Positions 33,528 through 44,225 of a DNA stretch of 64,000 nt are shown one piece after another. This DNA is from Thermoplasmatota archaeon. Lineage in GTDB: Archaea > Thermoplasmatota > Poseidoniia > Poseidoniales > Poseidoniaceae. The number at the start of each line of letters is the position of its first letter. The stretch's first letter is position 1. The notes under the pieces are model-generated. The model made no database searches, was not told the DNA's origin, and was given only the letters and a program-made list of their open reading frames with translations. The DNA is taken from the NCBI GenBank assembly GCA_036160375.1, contig JAYYDY010000035.1, positions 13,033 through 77,032 of the forward strand, given 5' to 3'. The translations under genes and the position numbers were made by a program.

Positions 33528-35596
33528 AATACTGCGACTTGACCCTCCGACCGATGAAGCAGGTGCCGGCTCACCCCGTCCGATGCGCCGTGTTCGTTGC
33601 GTGCCTGCTGACGCTGTTGGCTCATCCGTTCGTTCCGGCCGCTTCTGCTGGTTTGACCGAAGACGAAGGAGACCTGTTCTTATCCTGCCTGGCCGACAAC
33701 GATTGTGTCCTTTCACCCACGCCTGTTGGTGAGGAACAGGTCTCGGACCAGACCTTTGCCAACATCGTGCAGCCCGAAACCGTCGTCTTTGAATTCATCA
33801 TGAGCCCAGGCCAAGACCACATTGCCCTCCTGCCCGAATTCATGGATGCCCTCGAAATTGATTTCAAACATCAGACCGAAGCAGGGAGCTTGTTTCGTCC
33901 AGCGATGGATGTTCGATTGATCCTCGGTGAGAACGTCAACGAGTGGTCCTTTGAAGCAAGCACGCTTCCTGAGGTTGCAGCCACACCGTACATGCTGGAG
34001 GACGAGCCTCTCGACACGTCGGCTGGCAGGGTGCTGTGGGAGGATGAGAGCGTCCGATTGCTGATCACGGTGACCCTTGATCGGCCAGGCACGTGGTCGT
34101 TGAACATGCGAGGTGCCTCGTTTCTTCAACTGGACATCCCGTGGTCGATGAACGCAGCGGAAGTGAACATGGACGAGCCCTCATCCCGGACGCAGCCGGT
34201 CTCCACGGCCTTTGAAGACCTTCACCGAGGTGCATTGGTTGGTGCCGACCACGATTGTTGGGCTTTTGAGGTTGAAGATCACGAAGTGCTCCGATTGCTG
34301 GTGGAGTGGGAACTTGTTCCCATCGAAATTGAGCAACCACATCCGATTCCTGATTTGATCACGGCGGCTGGACGGCTCTCACCCACCCCCGAGGTCGTGG
34401 TCGACGATGACGGTGAATCCCTGCGCATCACCTACCGCTGGCGAGCCCTTCCAACCGGCGACTACACGTTGTGCATGCACGGTTCACCCGACAAAATCCA
34501 ACCCTACACGTGGACGGGTGTCTTCGGTTACGAAGGAACAGGTCCGACCGATCCCACGGAGTTCACCTCAGCAAGCTACTACCCGCAAGGAGCAGCCCTC
34601 GTTGGAAACATCGACGAGCCCTTGGAGTTGAACGACCAAGGCGTCGGTCTGTTGTTGGTGTCGCTTCTGATGCTCGGCGTGTTCATGTTTGTCGCCTTTC
34701 GACCGACGACCGCTTACGCTGTTCGATTCGGCTTGTTCGTGCCGGGCGTTCTGTTGCTGGTTGTCGGCGGCGTTCTCAACCCCGCTGCGGCCATGTTCAA
34801 TCAGGTTCAACACCCTGAGGAGATCACCGTTGATGAGCTCATCGACATGCGGCTTCAGCAACTTTGGGATGTCTCAGCGGAAGGTGTGCCCGAGCAAACG
34901 CTTGCGACCCACACGGGCGCGACGTTGGGTATGTTGGAGGGGGAACGCCTTCGCCTCAAACTTGACATCGGCCAAGCCATTCCCCTCGAGGATGGTCGAT
35001 GGCAACTCGTGGTTCCTGAACTGGATTCGCTGCGTTTGGACCAGGCCATCTTCGGCCAAGTGGCTGAAGGTGAGACCTACACCACGCAGGAAGGAATGCT
35101 CGAAGCGCAAACCGTCCGATTCATTCTTCTTGCAAGCCGGGCGTTGCTGCTCGACCTCATGATGCTCGAGGCGCTGCTGGTGGTGGATGACGCTCCTTCA
35201 TCGTCTGTCTTTCACATCGATACTGAGATGGTCGCCGCTCCGGCAAGCGGCTCGCTTTCAGCACCTGCCTGGGCCACCCGGCCCTCAACGGTCGACGCGA
35301 ACGACTGGGTTCGGCTTCAAACGGCCCTGTTCCCCGAGCGCATTACCATCTCGCTGTGCGATTGTGATCTTGATTTGCTCGATGTGAATTTCATTCCACC
35401 CAACGGCTTCGACAGCAGGGACGTCCTTCCTTCATGGGGGATTGAGAGCGCCGATGGATTCGTTCCGTACGGTGGAGGGTTGATGTTGGTCGGTCTGAGC
35501 CTTGGGTTGTTGGCCACGTGGATGGAAGTCCAACGCAAGTCAAGGGCAGAAGCCCTGGCTCGTGATTATGCTCCCGAGTCCAACCAATGGACCTGA
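33524..35596 (+). CDS. Hypothetical multi-pass membrane protein with large acidic extracellular domains
   Basis: 690-aa ORF; signal peptide, two central TM helices and one C-terminal TM helix; ATGA-coupled to the previous gene. Confidence 0.7.
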   Translation: MKYCDLTLRPMKQVPAHPVRCAVFVACLLTLLAHPFVPAASAGLTEDEGDLFLSCLADNDCVLSPTPVGEEQVSDQTFANIVQPETVVFEFIMSPGQDHIALLPEFMDALEIDFKHQTEAGSLFRPAMDVRLILGENVNEWSFEASTLPEVAATPYMLEDEPLDTSAGRVLWEDESVRLLITVTLDRPGTWSLNMRGASFLQLDIPWSMNAAEVNMDEPSSRTQPVSTAFEDLHRGALVGADHDCWAFEVEDHEVLRLLVEWELVPIEIEQPHPIPDLITAAGRLSPTPEVVVDDDGESLRITYRWRALPTGDYTLCMHGSPDKIQPYTWTGVFGYEGTGPTDPTEFTSASYYPQGAALVGNIDEPLELNDQGVGLLLVSLLMLGVFMFVAFRPTTAYAVRFGLFVPGVLLLVVGGVLNPAAAMFNQVQHPEEITVDELIDMRLQQLWDVSAEGVPEQTLATHTGATLGMLEGERLRLKLDIGQAIPLEDGRWQLVVPELDSLRLDQAIFGQVAEGETYTTQEGMLEAQTVRFILLASRALLLDLMMLEALLVVDDAPSSSVFHIDTEMVAAPASGSLSAPAWATRPSTVDANDWVRLQTALFPERITISLCDCDLDLLDVNFIPPNGFDSRDVLPSWGIESADGFVPYGGGLMLVGLSLGLLATWMEVQRKSRAEALARDYAPESNQWT

Positions 35597-36214
35597 TCAG
35601 TTGCCTTCGGTTTTCTCGAGTTGGTCGCTGACCGCCTTCGCTGTGTCCGCTTCCGTCATGTTGGCGGCTTTGGCGGCGGCCTCAATGGATTTGGCTTCAT
35701 CAGCTGTGATTTCTCCATCGGCAGCAGCGGATTTGATGGCGGCCTTGACGTTCAAATCAGCAGCTTCTTGGTCGCTGATGCCGAGCGCTGCCTGGAAGGA
35801 TTTGAGTTCCTTGAGTTCAGCTTCCGTGATCACACCATCCTCCCACGCCGACTCGTAGGCGTGGACCAAGAATTCCTTGTAGGCTTCTTGGTTGAGAAGA
35901 ACATCCCGAATCAAGCCAGTATCAACGCCCTGGTCGTTGTTGACCATGTCGAGGAGGGCGATGGAGCGACGCACCTCTTTGACGGCCATGTCTTTGAGTC
36001 CGTGGCCTGCCCATACTGCTCCTGCGGCGACAACAGCCGCTGCAAACCAGCGCATGATGTCGGGGTCGACGAGGTTGCCCGGCTCGACGAGGTGAAAGAT
36101 GCCCAACACAGCCATGGCGGCACCGCACATGACCTCGACCCAATCATTGAGATCGGGTTCGTCATCAAACACCGAAAGTCGTTCTTCGACCATGGCATCT
36201 CGTTCGTCGCTCAT
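35597..36214 (-). CDS. Membrane protein with TerB-like metal-binding helices
   Basis: Two TM helices followed by repeated AWEDGVITEAE / AAADGEITADE. Confidence 0.6.
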   Translation of the reverse strand: MSDERDAMVEERLSVFDDEPDLNDWVEVMCGAAMAVLGIFHLVEPGNLVDPDIMRWFAAAVVAAGAVWAGHGLKDMAVKEVRRSIALLDMVNNDQGVDTGLIRDVLLNQEAYKEFLVHAYESAWEDGVITEAELKELKSFQAALGISDQEAADLNVKAAIKSAAADGEITADEAKSIEAAAKAANMTEADTAKAVSDQLEKTEGN

Positions 36215-36302
36215 GCATTGACCACGCACAGGTGGGACTTCTAAGTGTCGGCAATGAACGCGGGGCGTTGTCCTTTTGAACCGCTGCCCGATATGAGGCG
36301 AT

Positions 36303-38900
36303 ATGGAGGTGGCAGAACGAGCGGTTTCATCGCTGGATTTGCCAGCCCGCTTCACGAAGTTCCTGACGCAAGCGTGGGGGATTCAACAACTCCATCCACC
36401 ACAGGCTGAAGCCGCCCCGTCCATCCTTGCCGGTGACAACACCTTGGTGGCGATCCCGACGGCTTCAGGAAAGTCACTTCTTGCCTACATGGGCATGGTC
36501 AAGCGGATTTCCGAGGGCCATTCACGCTCAAAGGCCATTTACATCGTGCCCCTGAAGGCGCTGGCGATGGAGAAGTACGAGGATTTGAGCGCCATCGCTG
36601 GAGCGATGGGTTGGTCCGTGGGGCTGGGCATTGGCGATGCAACAGCGGAGGCCAAGAACATCGATGAATGCAACATCCTGGTGTGCACCTCTGAGAAACT
36701 GGATTCCCTTCTCCGCCACCGTGCGGAACTGGTGTCAGACGTGTGCTGCGTCGTTGCGGATGAGTTTCACCTGATGAACGACGGGACCCGTGGTCCAACG
36801 TTGGAAATTAATCTGACCCGCCTTCGTCACATCAAGCCCGATGCGCAAATCATTGCGCTCTCGGCCACGGTTGGCAATTCACCGGACCTCGCTTCGTGGC
36901 TTGATGCGACGTTGATTCAGTCCGACTGGCGCCCGGTCGCCCTTGAGTACGCTACGTTTCACGATTTTCATATTGAACCGCGCAAAATCCAATCCCCGGG
37001 TGACGATGGTGATCATGGGAAATTGAGCCCTCCACGGGACCTTGAGGGGTTGAAGAGTCATCCGGTGTGGAGCGTTGTGGACGACGGCCTGACGCAAGGT
37101 GCACAAGTGTTGATGTTCGTGGGCACACGGAGAAGCGCTCAATCCGAGGCCAAGAATTTGGCGAAACGGGTTCGCAAACGCCTCGAGAAAGAAAACCCGG
37201 AGCGCCTATCCGCTCTCAAGGAACTGGCTGAGAAGTTGACCGGCCGAAGCCAATCCAATCTCGCCGAGCAGTTGGCCACTTGCCTCTCTTCTGGGGTTGG
37301 CTTTCACCACGCAGGCCTCACCAATGCCCAGCGGAAGGACGTGGAAGCGGCGTTCAAAGACGGCCTGCTGGTGGCGCTCACCGCCACGCCAACCTTGGCT
37401 GCAGGCGTGAACCTCCCAGCCAGACGCGTGCTGGTGCGAGACCTCAAGCGGTGGGACGACGGGATGAGTCGCCCGTTACCTGTCATGGAAGTCCGTCAGA
37501 TGCTCGGTCGTGCGGGGCGGCCAAAGTACGACACCAAAGGAGAAGCGTGGGTCTACTGCAAGGGCACGGACGGATGGGAAGTCGCCGACGCAGTGTCGGA
37601 TCGGTACTTCTTTGGCCCCATCGAAGACATCTCTTCCAAATTGGCTTCCGAACCTGCGCTTCGGATGCACGTCCTTGCCAGCATTGCCACGGGGGGCCTC
37701 GTCCACAAGGGATCGATTGAGCACTTCTTTTCATCCACGTTTCTCGGAGCCTCCATGCCCCCTTCCCAACTCAGGGAGCGGCTCACGAGCATGCTTGACT
37801 GGCTGGTTGAGGAGCGATTTGTCAGACGATGCGGCCCCGATGAGCACTTCACGCCCTCATGGGCCAATGCTTCCGTTGATGAGGATGAGGCGTGGGATGA
37901 CACCGTTCCAACATGGGCCACCAGCGCCCATCACACGCAAGGCGTGTCCTGGGAACCTGAACGGCCTGGAGCCAAGCCTCTCACACGTGCAAGCAGCGCC
38001 CATCCAACGCCTTCTTTCGGTTTTTCGAGGGCGACTTCACTCGAACAAACGGGTGGTTGGGTTCAACCGGTCGCTGAAGACGGCCCCGACATGCGCTACG
38101 AGGCGACGGCCATGGGTGAGCGAGTGACCCAATTGTACCTCGACCCGCTCTCGGCTTCCATTCTTCGGCGTGGGCTTCGCAGGGCTGTCAGGCGTTGTGT
38201 TCGAAAGGATGCACCTGTCTCTGATTTTGGGTTCCTGCATCTGGCGGTTGCCACCCCAGATTTTGTCTCGCTCTGGGCAAAATCAGCCGACTTTGAAGTC
38301 AACTCGCCCACGTGGTTGAAGGCCAATGCAACGGAAGATGAACTCCTCGTTGAGCCGGGCTATGCTGAGGCGATGCTGAGCGACATCAAGTCGGCTTGGA
38401 TGGTTGAAGAATGGACCGAAGAGACCACGTTGAGGCAACTGGAGAAGGAGTTGGATGTTCTCCCAGGGGACGTTCATCATCGAATCGATTTGATGGGCTG
38501 GCTCTTGGCGGGAGCTCAACAAGTCTTGCTGACCGATGACGTGTTTGCTGACGAGCACCTCCCTGTCGTCGCAGACCTCGTCCAGCGCATCAGTACCCTC
38601 CAGCAACGCGTCCGACACGGGTGCAAGACCGATCTCTTGCAACTTGTCAACATTCGCCATGTCGGACGGCAACGTGCTCGCGAACTGGCAGCGTTAGGCC
38701 TGCGAGAACCGAACGATGTGCTCCGCATGTCGTCCAAGCAACGATCCACGCTTCTCGCTCAGCGTGGGTGGGGGCCGGTGCTTTTGGACAAAATTTTCAC
38801 TGAAATTGAGCGGGTGTTGAAACGGACAACAGGCACCTCCAAACCATCCGGAAGGGGTGACGATGCTCCGCTTGAAGGCGAACGCTCTGAGCATGATTGA
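36303..38900 (+). CDS. hel308: Ski2-like SF2 DNA helicase Hel308
   Basis: PTASGKS, PLKALA, DEFH, LSAT, WRPV, FHHAGL, TPTLAAGVNLPA, QMLGRAGRP, C-terminal HhH. Confidence 0.93.
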   Translation: MEVAERAVSSLDLPARFTKFLTQAWGIQQLHPPQAEAAPSILAGDNTLVAIPTASGKSLLAYMGMVKRISEGHSRSKAIYIVPLKALAMEKYEDLSAIAGAMGWSVGLGIGDATAEAKNIDECNILVCTSEKLDSLLRHRAELVSDVCCVVADEFHLMNDGTRGPTLEINLTRLRHIKPDAQIIALSATVGNSPDLASWLDATLIQSDWRPVALEYATFHDFHIEPRKIQSPGDDGDHGKLSPPRDLEGLKSHPVWSVVDDGLTQGAQVLMFVGTRRSAQSEAKNLAKRVRKRLEKENPERLSALKELAEKLTGRSQSNLAEQLATCLSSGVGFHHAGLTNAQRKDVEAAFKDGLLVALTATPTLAAGVNLPARRVLVRDLKRWDDGMSRPLPVMEVRQMLGRAGRPKYDTKGEAWVYCKGTDGWEVADAVSDRYFFGPIEDISSKLASEPALRMHVLASIATGGLVHKGSIEHFFSSTFLGASMPPSQLRERLTSMLDWLVEERFVRRCGPDEHFTPSWANASVDEDEAWDDTVPTWATSAHHTQGVSWEPERPGAKPLTRASSAHPTPSFGFSRATSLEQTGGWVQPVAEDGPDMRYEATAMGERVTQLYLDPLSASILRRGLRRAVRRCVRKDAPVSDFGFLHLAVATPDFVSLWAKSADFEVNSPTWLKANATEDELLVEPGYAEAMLSDIKSAWMVEEWTEETTLRQLEKELDVLPGDVHHRIDLMGWLLAGAQQVLLTDDVFADEHLPVVADLVQRISTLQQRVRHGCKTDLLQLVNIRHVGRQRARELAALGLREPNDVLRMSSKQRSTLLAQRGWGPVLLDKIFTEIERVLKRTTGTSKPSGRGDDAPLEGERSEHD

Positions 38901-39493
38901 AAGCGTTGAACCTGCTGGACTTGCTGATGAGCCCCTCTCCGTTTCCTCTTGCCAACGTTCAGCTCAACGGGGAAGGTCCAAAGGAAGCCATTGACCGTTT
39001 TCTCAACCACCGCCCCTCCGAACGGTGGGTGTTGTTGGGTGGCCATGCTGCGCAGGGTATGGACCAGTTGTGGGCGGCTTGGATTCAAGCCACACGCAAT
39101 GAATTGAGAGGCGCCATGGTGGCTCGGAGCATTGACGCAGAGTTCCTTCGATACCTCGCCGGGACTCACCACATTTCGGAAGCCTTCGCCCGTGCAGGCC
39201 TTCAACCGGGTCAGCAGGACGCTTGGGTTGTGTACCTCCCTGAGGCCAAGGGCGTGGCCAATGATTTGGGTCATGTCCAACCTGTCGCCATCCTGCCTGC
39301 GTCGTTTCAAGATGATGTCAACACCCTCTGTTCGCTGCTGGTTTGGCTGCCACAGGATGTTGAAGCATCTTATTCTATAGAGGGTGCAAGCATGTTGGGG
39401 GTCGACGTTGAAGGCTGGCCGAAGGACAGGGAAGAGGAAGCCTTGGTGGCTCACATCTTGATGGCGGACGACCAAAGTTCCTCGCACCGATGA
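38897..39493 (+). CDS. cgi121: KEOPS complex subunit Cgi121
   Basis: ARSIDAEFLRYLAGTHHISEAF..AG; coupled to hel308 as in other euryarchaea. Confidence 0.8.
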   Translation: MKALNLLDLLMSPSPFPLANVQLNGEGPKEAIDRFLNHRPSERWVLLGGHAAQGMDQLWAAWIQATRNELRGAMVARSIDAEFLRYLAGTHHISEAFARAGLQPGQQDAWVVYLPEAKGVANDLGHVQPVAILPASFQDDVNTLCSLLVWLPQDVEASYSIEGASMLGVDVEGWPKDREEEALVAHILMADDQSSSHR

Positions 39494-39530
39494 TGGGAGG
39501 GTTGAAAGGCTCCTTCGTTGTCCAAAGCCC

Positions 39531-40973
39531 ATGGTCATGGCAGCGAAGCAAAATGACGGGCACCGACCGACATCGGGGCGATACCTCGACCAAGAAAAAG
39601 TTCGGAAGGCACTTGACGCAGCCACCGCCCACGGGGCGAGTTATGCAGAGGTCCGTGTCGTTGCGTTGACCGAATCAACGGTGGCCATGCGCGACGGCGT
39701 GCTCGAACGAGCCATTCCCGGGCAGGAACTTGGCATGACGCTTCGTGTGCTTGCCGACGGCGCATGGGGCGTCCATTCGACGACGGACATCGCCTCGCTT
39801 GCCGACCAAATCGAATCCACCACACGGCTGGCGAAGGCCGTTGCAAAGCGCCGTTCGCCTGGCGAACGGCCCAAAGCCCTGGCAGAAGTCCCGATCATCG
39901 AAGACGAAACCCACTGGCGTTCAGTCCTCGACGTCCGTCATACCGAGCTTGACGAAAAAATGAACCTCATGAACGACCTCTACAAGGGTGCGACCGGTCA
40001 CGACGATGTCGTCTCCGTACGCACCGGTTGGAGCGACGAACACATCCACACCGAACTCATGACCACCGAGGGCATGGACCGCGTGTGGTCCTTCCAACGC
40101 TCCCTCATTCACGGAATGGTCACCGCCCGAAGAGACGGTGAAGTGGTCTCCTACCGAACCCGACATGGGGGCCAAGGTGGCCTGGAAGTGATTCATGGCT
40201 GCGACCTTGTTGAACTGGGCGAAGCAGCACAGCGAGCTGCGCTCCGACTGCTGGATGCTGAACGTGCACCTTCCGGTAAACTCCCGCTCATTGCGGACAA
40301 GGATCTCACCGGGGTCTACATTCACGAAGCCTTGGGCCATCCGTGCGAGGCCGATTTGGTGGCAGCGGGCGATTCTTGTTTGGATGGAAAACTCGGGCAA
40401 AAGATTGGCAACGAATTGGTCACCGTGGTCGATGACCCCACCATGATGGGTGGTTATGGCGCCTATCCCGTGGACGATGAAGGCGTGAACACCCGAGAAA
40501 AAGTCCTCATCAAAAACGGCGTGCTGACCGAGTACCTCAATCACAGGGAAACGGCCCATCACTTCGATGTTGACCCCAACGGAGGTGCACGAGCCCAAGA
40601 CGGCCTCCATCACCCCCTTGTTCGAATGAGCAACACCATGATTCAGGGCGGCACCCATGCTGACATTGACGAACTGATGGAAGACATTCAGTACGGCGTC
40701 TATGCCTGCGGAACCCGTGGCGGGCAAGTGGACACCGGCCGAGGTTCGTTCCAATTTGCCGCCCAAGAAGCATGGCTCATCGAGAACGGCGAGTTGACGC
40801 GTCCGCTCAAGGATGTCAGCGTCAGTGGATTGACCCTTGAAATTCTCAACAACGTCAACGGTTTGACTCGAGACGCGTCCTTGGCGTCGCCAGGGTTCTG
40901 TGGAAAGGGGCAAACCGTCCCCGTCGGCGACGGCGGCCCCGTCATGCGAATCAGCGAAGCCTTGGTGGGATGA
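39531..40973 (+). CDS. tldD: TldD metalloprotease
   Basis: HEALGHPCEAD, DDEG, VRMSNT, GGQVD, CGKGQ.VPVGDGGP. Confidence 0.93.
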   Translation: MVMAAKQNDGHRPTSGRYLDQEKVRKALDAATAHGASYAEVRVVALTESTVAMRDGVLERAIPGQELGMTLRVLADGAWGVHSTTDIASLADQIESTTRLAKAVAKRRSPGERPKALAEVPIIEDETHWRSVLDVRHTELDEKMNLMNDLYKGATGHDDVVSVRTGWSDEHIHTELMTTEGMDRVWSFQRSLIHGMVTARRDGEVVSYRTRHGGQGGLEVIHGCDLVELGEAAQRAALRLLDAERAPSGKLPLIADKDLTGVYIHEALGHPCEADLVAAGDSCLDGKLGQKIGNELVTVVDDPTMMGGYGAYPVDDEGVNTREKVLIKNGVLTEYLNHRETAHHFDVDPNGGARAQDGLHHPLVRMSNTMIQGGTHADIDELMEDIQYGVYACGTRGGQVDTGRGSFQFAAQEAWLIENGELTRPLKDVSVSGLTLEILNNVNGLTRDASLASPGFCGKGQTVPVGDGGPVMRISEALVG

Positions 40974-40974
40974 C

Positions 40975-42378
40975 ATGCTTCCCGACGGCGCCGAAGACCG
41001 CCTGTTGGCGAATGCCAACATCATCGCAGATGCCTGCAGGGCAAGCGGCATCCAGCAGTGGGATTTGGTCGGCTTCCAATCCTACGGCCAGCAACTCGAC
41101 ATTGAGGCAGGAAAGATCACCATGGCCGCAGGCGGTGGAGAAGGAGGCTTTGGTGTCCGTGTGGTTGACAGTGGCCGATTCGGTTTCGCCCACCTCGTTG
41201 ATGTTGCTGGTGCCGAACGTGCGGTCAATCAGGCGGTGGCGATTGCCAAAAAATCACCGTCCATCGAGGGCTTCGTGCTTCCATCGGAGCAACCGGCCGA
41301 ACACGTAGGAGGGCGTTTTGATGCATCGTTGTTGGACCTCACTCCTGAAGACCTCCTGGAGCAAGCGGACACCATTCTCTCTGCGGTTCACTCTCTCGAT
41401 GAACGAGCCGTGGTCACCGGTGGTGGCCTCGGTATTTCTGCCACGGCAGGGTGCATGATGAACAGCGAAGGTGTGCTGTCCACGGGAATGACCACCTCCC
41501 ACGGTCTGGGCATTCAGGTGAGCCTTGATGTCAACGGTGAATTGACCAGCTCGTACCAGGGTGCCTCGAGCCGCACCAAGCTTCAGGAAGTCCCCGATTG
41601 TGTTGAACGCGCCGTTCACTGGGCGCAAGTAACTCAAAACCCACTTCAAGTTGAAAGCGAGGCTGTCGATGCCCCGGTCCTCATGACGAGCGAGGGGTTC
41701 TCTCCGTTGTTTTCGATGGTGGTTCCACCGGCCATGACCGGGGAAAAAATGGTTCGAAAGGAGTCCTTCTGGTCCGAAAACCTGGGAAAGCAGGTTATCA
41801 ACTCCACGCTGTCCCTGCACGACAACGGCCTGCTTGAAGGCGGTATGTCCTCGGGTTCAAGGGATGCAGAAGGCGTGCCTCGTCAACATCGTGCACTGGT
41901 CGAGGACGGTCGGCTTTGCAACATGCTGTGGTCCACTCGAGATGCTGCGCAACAGGTGGCGGAAGGCCGGATCGAGGCGGCTGCTTCGACCGGTTCGGCG
42001 AGTTCGGGCGGTCATCAAGCCCCACCTTCGACAGGGTGCACCGAGTTGTTCCTCACCTCGACCGAAGCACCACGTTCCATGGAGGCTTTGCTGGCTCACA
42101 TGGGGGACGGCTACGTGGTCAACAGCGTCATGGGTGCGCACACCGCCAATCCCAGCAGCGGCGACTTTTCGGTCACCTCGAGTTCCATCCTCAAGGTCGA
42201 AAACGGTGAAATCATTGGCTCACTCAAGCAAGCAGGACTCTCTGGCAACCTTGCGAAAGCGCTCAACGGGGCCGTCCACCTTGGGGCGGATGTCCGACGA
42301 CAAGGCTCGTATTCATCGGGGAGCATGCACTTGCCCGACGACCTGCTCATGGACGGCTTGCGCGTGAACCCAGCATGA
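40975..42378 (+). CDS. pmbA: PmbA/TldE partner subunit
   Basis: DAEGVP, STGSA, MGAHTANPSSGDFS; no HExxxH; follows tldD. Confidence 0.9.
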   Translation: MLPDGAEDRLLANANIIADACRASGIQQWDLVGFQSYGQQLDIEAGKITMAAGGGEGGFGVRVVDSGRFGFAHLVDVAGAERAVNQAVAIAKKSPSIEGFVLPSEQPAEHVGGRFDASLLDLTPEDLLEQADTILSAVHSLDERAVVTGGGLGISATAGCMMNSEGVLSTGMTTSHGLGIQVSLDVNGELTSSYQGASSRTKLQEVPDCVERAVHWAQVTQNPLQVESEAVDAPVLMTSEGFSPLFSMVVPPAMTGEKMVRKESFWSENLGKQVINSTLSLHDNGLLEGGMSSGSRDAEGVPRQHRALVEDGRLCNMLWSTRDAAQQVAEGRIEAAASTGSASSGGHQAPPSTGCTELFLTSTEAPRSMEALLAHMGDGYVVNSVMGAHTANPSSGDFSVTSSSILKVENGEIIGSLKQAGLSGNLAKALNGAVHLGADVRRQGSYSSGSMHLPDDLLMDGLRVNPA

Positions 42379-42539
42379 GTCGCCCGTTCTTTGCCACGGC
42401 ATTCTTTATGTCCTGTCGTCGTTGGTGATGTGTCCCATGGAGGTCAAGGGAGTGTCCAATCTTAACCAACCCGCACGAAAGCCCGCCGCCTGTTCTCCGT
42501 ACAGGCCACGAACAACAACGCCTGTCGGGGTGATTCGAC

Positions 42540-44225
42540 GTGGCTGAAGAGAAATATGCCGATTATGTCCAGGCCGTACTCAAGGAGTGCCCCGATGCCA
42601 AACCATCCGATGTAGCGGAGGCCTTTGCCAAGTACGAAGAGGAATTCTATATTCCACCTCAGGACGCCATGCGCTCGGTGCTTCGCCGTTTCCAAAGCGG
42701 CACTTCACCAACACCCGCTTCAGGCGGGAGTCAACAAGCTCGAACCACCAAGAAGGTCGCGGGTCTTTCCGAATTGTCGGGAACAGACCGTGATGTGGAA
42801 ATTGAGGTGGCCATCGTATCACACAACATCCGGGACCAGATGATTCGCGGTGATGAAAAGCAGATCGCCTTCGGTATGCTTGAGGACAACCCTTGGGAAG
42901 AAAACGGTCAGCGAACCCGTTGGGATTACAAGGACTGGGGTCCACATGCCAACCTCGCTGCCGGCAGCATTGTCCGGATCGAAGGAGCCAGCGTCAACGA
43001 GTACAACGGAAAAATGTCGTTGAACATCAACCAGTCCACTCGTATCGTCGTTCTCAAAGAGGGCGTAGCAACACCCGTGTCATCCAACGATCCCATCGAC
43101 ATCAACGACGTTCCAAAAGAAGGTTACATCTGTGTGGTTGGCCGGGTTTTGGCCAGCCGCCCAGACCAAATCCATCGAAAGGATGGCTCCGGTTCCATTG
43201 ATGTGGTGAGGGGCCGCCTGGCCGACGACACCGGCACCATCGGTTTCCTCTCCTGGGAGCCGTTTGACCATGAAGTCGGTACGCTGTTGAAAATCGACGG
43301 CGCTCAAGTCCGAAGTTTCCGAGATACGCCCGAGCTGAATTTCGGGAGAACCACCCGAATCGAGGTGTTTCACGACGCCAATTTCGCTGACTTGGAAACC
43401 CTTGCAGCAAGCACACTCACCACGGTCGCTGCTTTGCGGGATGGTTCCAGGGACGTTGACGCAGTGGTCCAAATCACGGAGATCACCAAGCGTACGTTCA
43501 ATCGAGACGGGGAAGAGAAATTCCTCTGGTCGGGGCAAATCGCAGACCCCACCGGTCGATGCCGTATCAGCATCTGGGATGCTCTCCCCTTCGAGGAGGG
43601 CGACCTTCCCGTCACCGTTCAGGTCAAGGGCGCCCGTGTTCGTGCCTGGCAAGGTATCCCCGACATCACGGTGGACAACACTGACCAACTCACGGTATTG
43701 GAAAACCCGCCTTGGGATGCCGGGATGGATCTGACCAACCACGCCGTTGATGTGAGTCTAACCGATGTCGTCGCAGGGCCGAGTCGTGTGGGCATGAAGA
43801 CCCACGGCATGCTGGTCAGCGTCCGAGAGGATTCTGGCTTCATTCTGCGATGCACGGAGTGCCGTCGTGTGCTTCGTGATGGCGCATGTTTCGACCATGG
43901 TGCGAACGAAGGCAACGAGGATGTACGCCTTCGACTTGTCGTCGACCACGAGGGTGCCACGGCGGCCGTGCTGGTCAACAAAGATGCCTCTCTGGCTGCA
44001 TTGGGAATGTCGGAGGATGGCATGCGTGCCAAGGTGGAGGAGCTTGGCGACCTCGGCTTCGTACAGCACGTGAGGGAGCGAATGCTTGGACGGAAGATCT
44101 CGGTCTCCGGGCGCAGTATCGTGGACGACCAAGGCGCCATGGTTCTCGCAGATGGATTTGAGATCGAAGAGCACGATGCGCAGATGCGTGCAAGTGAGTT
44201 GCGAGCTCAGTGGGGGTGGGCCTGA
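42540..44225 (+). CDS. rpa: Replication protein A large subunit (multiple OB folds, zinc finger)
   Basis: OB repeats (LADDTGTI, IADPTGRC..W); CTEC..CFDH zinc finger; DVRLRLVVD. Confidence 0.88.
   Translation: MAEEKYADYVQAVLKECPDAKPSDVAEAFAKYEEEFYIPPQDAMRSVLRRFQSGTSPTPASGGSQQARTTKKVAGLSELSGTDRDVEIEVAIVSHNIRDQMIRGDEKQIAFGMLEDNPWEENGQRTRWDYKDWGPHANLAAGSIVRIEGASVNEYNGKMSLNINQSTRIVVLKEGVATPVSSNDPIDINDVPKEGYICVVGRVLASRPDQIHRKDGSGSIDVVRGRLADDTGTIGFLSWEPFDHEVGTLLKIDGAQVRSFRDTPELNFGRTTRIEVFHDANFADLETLAASTLTTVAALRDGSRDVDAVVQITEITKRTFNRDGEEKFLWSGQIADPTGRCRISIWDALPFEEGDLPVTVQVKGARVRAWQGIPDITVDNTDQLTVLENPPWDAGMDLTNHAVDVSLTDVVAGPSRVGMKTHGMLVSVREDSGFILRCTECRRVLRDGACFDHGANEGNEDVRLRLVVDHEGATAAVLVNKDASLAALGMSEDGMRAKVEELGDLGFVQHVRERMLGRKISVSGRSIVDDQGAMVLADGFEIEEHDAQMRASELRAQWGWA

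Noticed and set aside
36303..42378. hel308-cgi121 linkage and the tldD-pmbA pair as a novel system
   Set aside because: Both arrangements are already known in archaea
42437..42547. 36-codon upstream ORF overlapping the rpa start, with a small hairpin at 42488-42506
   Set aside because: No recognisable coding features and compatible with chance; would need ribosome profiling
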